DNA of 64,000 nucleotides from Azolla caroliniana (lineage: Eukaryota; Plantae; Polypodiophyta), in the NCBI GenBank assembly GCA_043228905.1, contig JBHGNT010000016.1:17050001-17114000 (forward strand), in the 5' to 3' direction. The position numbers and the translations under genes are program-made. Positions 10,634 through 21,899 of the stretch are shown in pieces (within the stretch, counting starts at the first letter, position 1; every line of letters starts with the position of its first letter). A model generated the notes under the pieces. The model did not search any database. It saw only the letters and a list, made by a program, of their open reading frames with translations, and had not been told where the DNA came from.

Positions 10634-12413
10634 TAATTATTATTGATTGCATACATTCCTCCCCCTTTTCTTTTCCTTTCTCTCCTTATATAGATGCCCC
10701 CATTTATATGTGCATGTGAGGGTGTAGTACATGCATACAATGCATGAGATGTATGCGATCATGCATCACATGTGATGCATGATGAACATGTACCTTATCT
10801 AACCTCTCATGTACAAATAGTTCCGTGTGAAAAAGTACAATGAACAATAATAACTTTCAAATAAAACAACCTAGTCTAATGGTATGTCTATTGCCTCTTA
10901 TTTTGGAGGTGTAAGGTTCAAAACCTTTACTTGCACCTCATTGTATGCGTTAGGCTTATTATATATATGTGTGTGTAATGAACACCTAAACACACATCAC
11001 ATGTGCACATTAACAATCACCCCTTCCATACATGTGCATATTGCACCTTCTCGAGTTTCCTCGTTCCACGTGATTTTCACACCGTTGCCGAAAATCTTCA
11101 TGACATCCACCCCCACCAAACTGCACGTCCTCTGGTACGTGCCAAGAAGAGAATGTGAGATTTCGGCTACAGTGTGAGATTCCTCCACCTCCTCGTTGAC
11201 CTCGCTCACGTTTGTGGGTTTTGCCTTACTATCTTCATTGTTGAGATCATCGAGTTCGGGACCCTCACCTTGTCTTTTCTTGAAGATCTTTAGTCTTTTT
11301 CCCGCAATCGGTATGGCCAGCCTTGATCCGTCTAGCTCCACATATGATCTAAACCACCTTCTTGCAAACTTTCTTGTCGTCTTATGTTGGTTGTCAAAGT
11401 TATTGTTGCAAACCAATACCCAACCTTCTTCTTCGATCTTCTTGGGGTGTTGACGATGTGTCTTCTCAAAACGAATCTAAAAACCGGGTGCTTCTTCTAA
11501 TTAGCCAATCCTTTTCTTTGAGATGGGAGATAGAAATGTTGGCAATACAACCTCCTCTGTTTAGTTGAACATCCCACCATCTTGATGCATCTTTTCCTTC
11601 CTTCCTATGTGTTGTCTTTATAATCACTTCTTTCCTTTCTTCTTTACAAGTAATAACCCATCCATTTTACCACAACCTCATCTTCTTTGATAACAACCTC
11701 AATGTTAGTTATACTTACATCATCATTACAATAATCATTTGTGTTAATGACATCTTTGATCACCAAATCTTTTTTTACAAGATAAGCATCATATTCAATA
11801 TCATCTACCCTAAAATTATCCTTCCCAAACACACTCACAACACCAACATTATCATTATACATATCCCAAACCATCATAGCATTTTCTAGATTATCCTCAA
11901 TATTATCAACCTGTCATGATATGGCAAGACTCGAACCCATGACCTCCATGACCTTATGCTACATGGGTCGAGCTCTTGACCATTAGACTATACATTGTAA
12001 TACGTAAAATATTATTTTCATTTATGTTTTATTATAGAAAATTGATGTATATTCCAGATTTCTCTAGAACATTCTAGAAACTTCAGGAGTATTCCTTAGA
12101 ACACTATAAAAGGAGGCACAAGGCATTATTTCGAACCAAATCGGTTCAACGCCAGTCTTAAGCATCCTAGCTACTGTACATTTTCTTCACATAATATATA
12201 TATTTTCTTATCATCACTCTCTCTCTCTCTCGATCTCCCTCTCACTCACTCTTTCCTTCTCTCGAGAGTTCTTCACCTCTCTTAGTACTAATACTTCTTT
12301 TAGTACTAATTCCTTCTCTGTCTTAGTACTGTTCCTGACAATTTGAACCGATTTTCCTACCTTCTGTCTCTCTCATTTCCTACTAATCTCTTATTCCTCT
12401 TTTCTTTCATCCC

Positions 12414-13560
12414 ATGGCCACTATTAGCGTTGAAGAATATCAATCTGTTTTCTCGGAATTCCAAGGCTTGAAAGAGAAGTTCCATGCTTTGGAACAAGAA
12501 AACCAACGGTTGCTGGGGGATCTTCAGCAAATCTCCTTAGAAAAGCAGCAAACGCAACAACAGCATGGGGAACAACAACGTGCAACAACTCGAAGCAACC
12601 ATCGTAGCGATGCAACAACAAGGGCCCGGAACACAAGGGATTCATAAAGAACCCAAGATTGGCCTTCCCACGAAGTTCGATGGAACGAGATCGCAGTTTA
12701 GAGGGTTCCTTAACCAGGTACAATTAGTTATTCAAATGCATCCTTCCCGATATCCCACCAATGCATCACGAGTGGGTTTAGTAGGCACTTTGTTAAGTGG
12801 CTCAGCGTTGGCATGGTTCGCTCCACTATTAGAAAAGGAATCTCCGTTACTCAACACTTTTGAAGAGTTTCTAGGTGAGTTTAAAGCATGTTTCGAAGAT
12901 ACTAACAGCATCAGGACCGCAATCAACAAAATTCGGCGATTACGCCAAGGTGACCGTCCAGCCTCTGCATACGTTGCAGATTTTCGCCTACTCGCCGTCG
13001 ATATCCCTTGGGATGATCACGCGTTGATGGAGCAATTCCGTTATGGTTTACGCAACGACGTCAAGGATTTACTCTTGACCTTCCCCAAAGAGCCAAAGTC
13101 CTTAACAGAAGCAATCAGTCACGCGGTGAGATGTGACAACTGCCTCTTTGAGCGACGTTCGGAACGACAGCTACAGATGCCGAGGGCAAGATCAGAGCCC
13201 ACCTACGCCTCAGTGGTAGCAAGACCTTTTCCGAGGGAGTCATATAATGCGCCTCCAACGAATACTCCGACTCCGATGGAGATTGACACTACACGTCGTC
13301 AAGGGCCATTACTTGAAGAAGAAAAGCAGCAACGCCGTACAAATCGACTATGTCTTTACTGCGGTGGACCAGGACATATTGCAATAAATTGCCCCCATAG
13401 GCCAAGAAGACAGGTAAACCAAATAGTCGCTAGTTCTAATTGTACTAAACTCGAGCCTATTTCAGTAGGGATATCTGATAGTCCTAATAGTACTAATACC
13501 CCAGATCTAGCGAACAGATTTGATGTCCTTAGTCAGTTAGAAGAAGAGTTAAATGACTAA
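12414..13560 (+). pseudogene. Gag of chromovirus B (one frameshift near 12570-12640), with CCHC knuckle
   Basis: EPKIGLPTKFDGTR..LRQG..PMEID..CLYCGGPGHIAINC. Confidence 0.9.
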
Positions 13561-13586
13561 GTCCAGCCAAAATAGAAGCCGTTTGG

Positions 13587-16500
13587 TTGGACAGCCCTAG
13601 ATCTGTGCAGCCCATTAGTGGTTTCATTCCCTCTAAGCAAGTTAGTGATGTGTTCGTAGCCCAAGTAATAGTTAGTACTAAAAGTACCCCTCCAGTACAT
13701 GTCCTAACACTCCTAGATTCCGGAGCTAACTCTTGCTTTATGGATAAGAAATTTGCTCAAGCTCATAAGATATCCCTAAGAAAACTCTAGTGTCCAGCCT
13801 CTGTAGTAGTCATTGATGGACGTCCCATTGCTTCCGGAAATATCATAGAAGAGTCAGAGCCCATTAATATTGTCCTAGATAACTTAGCATGTGCAATATC
13901 ATTTAATATTATTAGTATCCCAAAACATCCCATAGTTTTAGGATTACCGTGGTTCGAGTTACATAACCCAGACATAGATTGGAGAACCAGAGAAATCCGG
14001 TGTCGACAAACCCAAGGGTCAACTCAGAAGATGGCAACCATTTCGCTACATCAGTTGCGTAAAGAAGGGCGCAAGGAGGAAATGTTCCTCTTTGCAATAT
14101 CAGTAAACCCCTCCAGCACCACTAAAGAAGAATCCACCGTTCAACTTCCCGAGAAGTATCGTCATTACGCCGATGTGTTCGATAAAGTACAAGCCAACAC
14201 ACTTCCTCCTCATCGACCGTACAATTGCCCCATCGATTTATAACCGGGAAAAGAGCCGCCATGGGGACCGATCTACAATTTGTCACCAACCGAGTTGGAA
14301 GTCCTCCGGGCCTATATAGAGGAGAATTTGGAAAATGGTTTCATTCGGCATTCGAAATCTCCAGCCGGCGCGCCCATTTTCTTCGTCAAGAAAAAGGATG
14401 GATCGCTTCGTCTCGTTGTAGATTATCGTGGCCTGAATAAGGTTACAATCAGGAATAGGTATGCTCTTCCCCTTATCTCAAGTCTTTTAGAACGGATCAA
14501 TGGTGCCAGGTTCTTCACGAAGATCAACTTACAGGGAGCATATAACCTCGTACGGATCCGACCAGGAGACGAATGGAAGACCGTGTTTCGCACCAGATAT
14601 GGGCACTTCGAGTATACGGTCATGTCGTTCGGCCTCACTAATGTGCCGACAGTCTTCCAACACATGGGTAATGATATATTCCGAGATCTATTGGATGATT
14701 GTTTGATCATCTATTTGGATGATCTACTGGTTTATTCAAAGACCCAAGAAGAACATGATTCTCATGTACTATTAGTACTAAAACGACTTCGAGAACATGG
14801 TCTGTATGCAAAGCTGGAAAAATGTAGTTTCGGGTGCAACCAAGTGGAATTTCTCGGCTACATCATTTCGTCAGAAGGCATCTCCATAGACCCAGCTAAG
14901 GTCAAAACGGTGGTAGAATGGCAGACTCCGCGTTCGGTGCGGGATGCGCAATGCTTCCTAGGCTTTGCCAATTTTTACCAGAAGTTCATACAAGATTACT
15001 CAAAGATCGTTCTACCTCTCACACAACTTACCAGGAAGGGACAACCGTTTATCTGGTCTGAAGAAACGGATGTGGCTTTCGAGAGTCTTAAAAAGGCATT
15101 TACCTCAACTCCAATTCTAGCTCATGTCGATCCGGAAAAACCATTCATTATCGAAGCTGACGCATCAGATTTTGCATTGGGGAGCATTCTGTCACAACAG
15201 GGGAATGATGAGAAGCTACATCCTGTGGATTTTCACTCACGCAAGTTTGACGCCACCGAAATCAACTACGAAATTCATGATAAGGAGCTATTGGCAATAG
15301 TGGATTCTTTTATGCAATGGAGGCATTTTCTAGAGGAATCCTCTCATCCGGTCACCGTATTTAGTGACCACAAGAACCTTGCCTACTTTCAGGATGCTCG
15401 TGTGTTGAATCAACGTCAAGCTCGGTGGGCCCACTTCCTCACGCGTTTCAACTTCAAAATTACCTATCATCTGGGGAAGCACCAAGGGAAGGCAGATGCA
15501 TTATCACGGCGTTCGTATCTATCACCCCGTCCCGGCGAGCCAGCTTTCGATAACCAAAAACAAGTCATCTTGGAACCGGCACGACTACAAGCAACACAGA
15601 TCTTTGACATGCCCATAGATTCCCGCGTTATCGATACCATACGCGAAGACTTGAAGACAGATGCGTTCACCCAAGCTATACTAGCAAAAATTGATCCCTC
15701 TCGAACGTCGTGTTCACAGTCGCAACCACCAGGTACGGACTATCGGCAATTCAAATACCATGATGGATTACTCTTCTTTAAAGAGCTTTTGTATGTTCCT
15801 AATGGTTCTTGTCGCCTTCAAGTAGTACAAAACTGTCATGACACATACACAGCTGGGCATTTTGGTAGTACTAAAACATTACATTTAGTACAACGATCAT
15901 TCTGGTGGCCCTGTATGCGACAATTTGTCGAGGATTTTGTTCGGACTTGTGATACACGCTGCAGACCGAAAATGCCAAGGCATCATCCATATGGTTTATT
16001 AGAACCATTACCAATTCCAAGCAAGCCATGGCAATCCATTGCTCTAGACTTCATCACAGACCTTCCAGTCTCTAAGGGGTTCAATGCGATTCTAACGATG
16101 GTCGATCGATATACGAAGATGGCTCATTTCTTGCCATGTACTAAGGAGATCTCCAGTGAAGACACTGCCGAAATTGTCATGCGTGAAGTATGTCGGCATC
16201 ATGGACTTCCCAATAGTATCATTAGCGACCGTGGACCCCTGTTCGTGTCAAAATTCTGGAAGCACCTTTTTAACATGCTCAAGGTCACTTGTAACCTCTC
16301 CTCCGGCTACCACCCACAAACCGACGGCCAAGCCGAACGAACCAATCAAACGCTGGCGCAGTATCTGCGGTGCTTTCTCAGCTATCATCAGGATGACTGG
16401 GCAAATATTCTCCACTTTGCCGAATTTGCCTATAACAACTCTATCCACGCATCCACTAAAGTTACGCCATTTTATGCTTATACAGGATGTCACCCCCAGT

Positions 16501-16964
16501 GGTGTGTACTTGAAACCCCAGAGGTGTCCACAAATCCTTGCGCAGAGGATCGTTTGGAGAGGTTACGCAAGATACAAGCGGATTTATCTACTCATCTCCA
16601 ACAAGCTCAACAAACACACAAGGTTTATGCGGATCGTCATCGACTCCCATCTAGTTTTAACATTGGAGATCGGGTATGGCTACTCCGACGACACATCAAG
16701 ACTACTCGCCCATGCGAGAAGTTGGATGGACCTGAGTACGAGGTTGCCGCCATCCTTGATTCCAAGCTTGTTCGCAACAAGCTCTATTATCTAGTCAATT
16801 GGCTAGGATATAGTCCCAACGAGCGTACTTGGGAACCGATAGAGAATGTCACCAATGCTTGTGCTCTTCTTGAAGACTTCCATCGTCAATATCTAGACAA
16901 ACCGAGTCCTCAATCCAAAACGATTCGTTACACTCATCCTTTTAAAGGGGGGATAGTGTCATGA
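13587..16964 (+). pseudogene. Pol of chromovirus B (PR with stops; RT-RNaseH-IN-chromodomain ORF 14280-16964)
   Basis: LLDSGA, YLDDLL, EADASD, NYEIHDKELLAI, HDTYTAGH, ISDRG, HPQTDGQAER, YEVAAILDS..TWEP. Confidence 0.95.
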
Positions 16965-17836
16965 TATGGCAAGACTCAAACCCATGACCTTATGCTACAT
17001 GGGTCGAGCTCTTGACCATTAGACTATACATTGTAATACGTAAAATATTATTTTCATTTATGTTTTATTATAGAAAATTGATGTATATTCCAGATTTCTC
17101 TAGAACATTCTAGAAACTTCAGGAGTATTCCTTAGAACACTATAAAAGGAGGCACAAAGCATTATTTCGAACCAAATCGGTTCAACGCCAGTCTTAAGCC
17201 TCCTAGCTACTGTACATTTTCTTCACATAATATATATATTTTCTTATCATCACTCTCTCTCTCTCTCTCGATCTCTCTCTCCCTCCCTCTCACTCACTCT
17301 TTCCTTCTCTCGAGAGTTCTTCACCTCTCTTAGTACTAATACTTCTTTTAGTACTAATTCCTTCTCTGTCTTAGTACTGTTCCTAACAGTTTGAACCGAT
17401 TTTCCTACCTTCTGTCTCTCTCATTTCCTACTAATCTCTTATTCCTCTTTTCTTTCATCCCATGGCCACTATTAGCGCTGAAGAATATCAATCTGTTTTC
17501 TCGGAATTCCAATGCTTGAAAGAGAAGTTCCATGCCACCTAAAACACATTATTTCTCTTCGTCACTCTCACCCTCATCATTACCCCTATCATAACCATAT
17601 CCACAGAAAGTGCACAGCTTTCTATCATCATAACCCTCATTCTTCTCATGGCACTCACTCTCACCATCAATAATGCATTCTCCCTTACTATCATCAAGCC
17701 CTAAATAGTGTGTTTCATTTCTATCATCACCGTCATCATATTTTAATGTAAAGTTTTCATCTTTTTCTAACTCCTCTTCTTTGTGGCTCTTATTAAACCT
17801 ATCATACTTGTCATCAAAATTTAAACCATGAGAGTT

Positions 17837-18832
17837 TCAATCCCAACCTTTCTCACCATCATGGCTTCCGTCGAGTGCTTTTTCATTAGCAAAACCATGA
17901 AGAGCTCGACATTGATTTCTCCTCTTGTGTTTATAGTAATCTTTGTCACGATCATAACTTTGTAGATCTCGAGCACTCTTTGTGAGTTTGTAATGATCTT
18001 TGTCTTTGTCATAATCGTGTAGATCTTGATCTTTCTCTTCAAGCCCACATTCTTTGTTTGATGTCTCTTCACGATTGCATCCCCAAGTATCTTGGTCTTT
18101 CCCCTTGAGCCCACGTTCTTCATCACATGTCTCTTCACGACTAGATCCTTGAGTATCTTGGTCATTCCCCTCGAATGTATGTTCTTCGTTCCATGTCTCT
18201 TCATGATCGCATCCTTCTTCAGTGCATATCTCTCTTCTCTTGCGTTTGCAATGATCTTCATGACGACAATCATAATCTCTCCCTTCAAGATCGCATTCTT
18301 TGTCACATCTTTCTCCTTTGTTGAGTTTGTATTGATCCTCGTAACGACCATAGGCATGTCTATCTTGATCTCTCTCTTCGAAACCTTCTTCTTCATTGAA
18401 TGCCTCTTCACGATCACTGTGAACATATCCATGTCTCTTGTCAAGCCCATGTTCTTCGTCGCATCTCTCTTCACAACCGCATCCTTGAATATCTTGATCT
18501 TTTCTTACAAGCCCACATTGTTCATTGAATGTCTCTTCATGACAGTAATCACAAATATCTCGATCATCTTCATCTTCATCGTTGTTGAGAAGCCCATGAA
18601 AAGGTTGAGGTCCGAATCTGGACATCATAACTGCTTCATACCAATCCGGAACTTCTTGATATAATCTTTCGGCTTGCCTTGCCAACTTGAGATAATCCAT
18701 CGCTCTATCCTTATCATCTTGCAACATCATTTCAATGGCCTTCCTTATAAATGGAAGCATTATCAGTCTCGGCCCACCTTCTCTTCTTATAGACTCTTCT
18801 AAGTCATAAGCATCCAAGACCGCATCCATCAT
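17837..18832 (-). CDS. Unknown ORF of the Trp-primed element 2: helical N-terminus plus acidic Cys/His ~20-aa repeats
   Basis: 331-aa ORF starting ~30 nt after the PBS, with repeats of the type C..EETxxEExGLExKDQD. Confidence 0.5.
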   Translation of the reverse strand: MMDAVLDAYDLEESIRREGGPRLIMLPFIRKAIEMMLQDDKDRAMDYLKLARQAERLYQEVPDWYEAVMMSRFGPQPFHGLLNNDEDEDDRDICDYCHEETFNEQCGLVRKDQDIQGCGCEERCDEEHGLDKRHGYVHSDREEAFNEEEGFEERDQDRHAYGRYEDQYKLNKGERCDKECDLEGRDYDCRHEDHCKRKRREICTEEGCDHEETWNEEHTFEGNDQDTQGSSREETCDEERGLKGKDQDTWGCNREETSNKECGLEEKDQDLHDYDKDKDHYKLTKSARDLQSYDRDKDYYKHKRRNQCRALHGFANEKALDGSHDGEKGWD

Positions 18833-19467
18833 TCATGATGCCTCCATTACCACCTTGTGTTTTTCACGTCGGGTTCACCAAATAGATGTCGCGTGGTGCG
18901 TGACACACGTGCCAAACGTCGAGATGTGCACGTCACAAGCGCGAACAAGCACCGGGCCTCTATCCACTAGTGGTTATGGAGGATTGATGATGGGATTGTT
19001 CAAGATAACGGAACCACGGAAGGATTAGCGCAAGAGAGAAGTATTAAAGATAAATTGATAGAGAGATACAGGTGGGAATTCCTATTCCCGGTTTGAACCT
19101 TTGACTTCGAAATTGAGATAGAAGACACTTTGCCAATGAGATAACTAGAACTTATTAATTATTATTGATTGCATATATTCCTCCCCCTTTTCTTTCCCTT
19201 TCTCTCCTTCTTATATAGATGCCCCCATGCATATGTGTATGTGAGGGTGTAGTACATGCATACAATGCATGAGATGCATGCGATGCATGATGACCATGTA
19301 CCTTATCTAAGCTCTCATGTACAAATAGTTTCGTGTGAAAAAGTATAATGAACAATAATAACTTTCAAATAAAACAACCTAGTCTAATGGTATGTCTATT
19401 CCCTCCAATCTTGGAGGTGTAAGGTTCAAAACCTTTACTTGCACCTCATTGTATGTGTTAGGCTTAT

Positions 19468-19507
<40 letters not shown>

Positions 19508-19954
19508 GAACACCTAAACACACATCACACATGCACATTAACCATCACCCCATCCATACATGTGCATATTGCACCTTCTCGATTTTCCTTGTTCCGCGTG
19601 ATTTTCACACCGTTGCCGAAAATCTTCACGACAACGGACATTGAGATGTGAGACGGGGCATTGGGGCACAAGTGATAAGAGTGGCCGACTATACACACTT
19701 TGCCCTAAACAAGTTCAAGAGTCTGAGTATCACACTTTGATACAATGCTCTGCCTTTGATCATATTCGACCATGCTTTCCACATCTCTTCGATCGAGCCC
19801 AATCCTTGCACGAATTTCTCTCACAACCACGATGTGCACTCTCGATTACAACATCGAGAGTCGCTACTCACCTTCACACGTATCACGTGAAATGTAATAT
19901 TTTTGGTCTCATAGGTCATATTTGACCTCCGAAGACAATAATATAATCTATCTA

Positions 19955-19995
<41 letters not shown>

Positions 19996-21028
19996 ACAAG
20001 TTGACCATTGAGGGGGCGTGTTAGATATAATCAATTATCAGCCCCAAGTTGTAAAGCTATCCCCATATGTGCTCTTAGAGTGCACATTTTGTGATAGAAC
20101 CCCAAATGAGGAGTGGCTAGTGTGCAACTCGACCAGACATATGGATCGATAAGGTATTAATCTAGGAAACCATAGATGCGTAGGACACAATGGATTTAGG
20201 AAAGAGCAAAATATGTAATAGGATTAGCTAATCAAGTCAAGTAGAATATTTTGTGGGCAAGTTACAATGTACTTAGTCTTGAAGTATGTGTCATTGACTT
20301 CAAGATAAGTACTATCTAGCACTAGCTTGTATCTAGGGAGTTGGATCATATTTAATGACAAGTTAGTTGACAGAAATGGAATATCTCCACTACTATCAAC
20401 TGACATGCACATTTAATGTTACATTCAGACCAAACAGAGAATATAATCCACTCTCTTACACAATGGTGTATTGATCATCAATCCCCACTAATTTTGTAGT
20501 GAGTTGGTCCAGATCCCATCTAAGATCTAAGGTGTGAGCGCATGGGTGAATTATCATTGTGAGCTACTCTCATATGTAATAGAAGTTTGGTTTTCATATA
20601 GCCATCTCTGTGGTTGTAACTCTATATACCTATCTAATCAATTCTCAATATTTCTAACATACGCACACGAAACATCCAAAATTAAGGGCCAATCATATGT
20701 ATGTGAATCTAGTATGCAATTGAGGTATTAACCTCATATGCATACGACACGAATCGCATATCAAATATATGTCAAATGAGGTATTGATCTCATACACATA
20801 TGAATATGTTTTACACAACCAATCCATTACCACTACAATATCATTGAATCAATAAAGAAAAAACATATTGACGTTAAATGATTAGATTGGGAAAAGAAAC
20901 AATAGAAAAAAAAACAAGAAAGAGTTACCGAAGTTCCTTTGTTGATCGCTATCTGGATCAAGTTCGACCGCACGTCGATTGATCACCATCCATCAAGAAG
21001 ACAACAAAAACCAACAAAAGAAACATGA

Positions 21029-21494
21029 GCTCTGATACCAATTGTTAGAGTGATGATCTAATGTAAGCATATAATAAGGATATAATATATATGAAATAAG
21101 AAAGGAGAGAGAAAGAAGGGTGTCGATCCACCCAACCACCCCCGAGCGAAGGGATCGAGACAGACTCGAACCTCGATCAGTGTCCCATACCACTGTCGTG
21201 GCGTCAAGTCGTACCTGGTGCTAGCGCGCTCGCTACAAGAGTTGACCCACCACGAAACAGAGTCTCAATGTAATTGAGATATGATGAAGTGAGGGTAGCT
21301 AGGCCTCATATTTATAGCGAGACCCAAGGCCCCCAGGCAAGTTCACACTTGGCCTAATGGGTTGTCTCAATCCCGAGGATTAAAAGTAATCCTGCCCTTC
21401 TTTACACTCTCGTTTAACCCTCACACTTATCCATGTGTATAGAATACTACGGTAAATTCTCACCACGGGATATTATATGGTCATGCCCGTAACA
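21029..21494 (-). mobile_element. Ty1/copia-type 5' LTR (21043-21494) with tRNA-iMet PBS; internal region degenerate
   Basis: TGTTA..TAACA ends and GCTCTGATACCA at 21029-21040. Confidence 0.65.
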
Positions 21495-21899
21495 GTTAAG
21501 CTCTAATGGCAGACTTTGTTATTCTCTCCAAAAAAACTTCTCTCTCTATTACAATGTCACAGTTAGGCTTATATAGTCAAGCCCAAACCGGGTGACATAT
21601 TAACACTAGAGATATAAATAGGTGGAGTAGGCATTTTATGCCACCAAAGACCACCCTAAACCTAAAGATCAATTCGTTACCATAGATATGGAGAGAGTAG
21701 ATTTAGAATAAGTAGTCAAATATTATTCATGACTCAATAATAAGTTAGAAAGATACATTGTTGGCTATGATTCTTCATTTCCATGTTTTGCAAATCTTGT
21801 CACGAATGTTTGAATCAACGGTTGCCCAAGATTCATGACAGACACTACGCGTGCCAACAAGCTTATATGTGTCATCATTCCCCATCCTAACATTGTGAC

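Larger units (their letters stand above)
11912..17388 (+). mobile_element. Tcn1-like chromovirus B (Ty3/gypsy), full length, degenerate
   Basis: LTRs 11912-12340 and 16957-17388 (TG..CA), PPT AAAGGGGGGATAG, and domain order gag-PR-RT-RH-IN-chromodomain. Confidence 0.93.
9716..19633 (-). mobile_element. Second non-autonomous tRNA-Trp-primed LTR element, containing nested insertions
   Basis: 5' LTR 18887-19633, 3' LTR 9716-11105, PBS 18863-18880, and the same PPT as element 1 at 11106-11121. TSD is ACGC/ACGG. An integrase-tail remnant (ELDGSRLAIPIAGKRLKIF) lies at ~11280-11400. Confidence 0.9.
5749..19988 (+). mobile_element. Near full-length RTE-X-like LINE (5749-9715 plus 19638-19988), interrupted by the LTR element at 9716-19633
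   Basis: ORF1, APE and RT are present. The rejoined C-terminus reads MRLSSRTLRCETGHW..LCPKQVQESEYHTLIQC (RTE-X-type His/Cys motif). There is an (ATCT)n tail followed by (CT)n. Confidence 0.8.

Noticed and set aside
11922-11992. Functional tRNA gene
   Set aside because: Acceptor and anticodon stems do not pair; reported only as a tRNA-like A/B-box module.
17821-18664. Overlapping 217-aa and 190-aa ORFs
   Set aside because: Alternative frames of the same tandem repeat; low complexity explains the lack of stops.
20008-21028. PPT-like GAGGGGGCG followed by TGTTAG, a possible further LTR
   Set aside because: No partner LTR, end or coding remnant could be established by eye.
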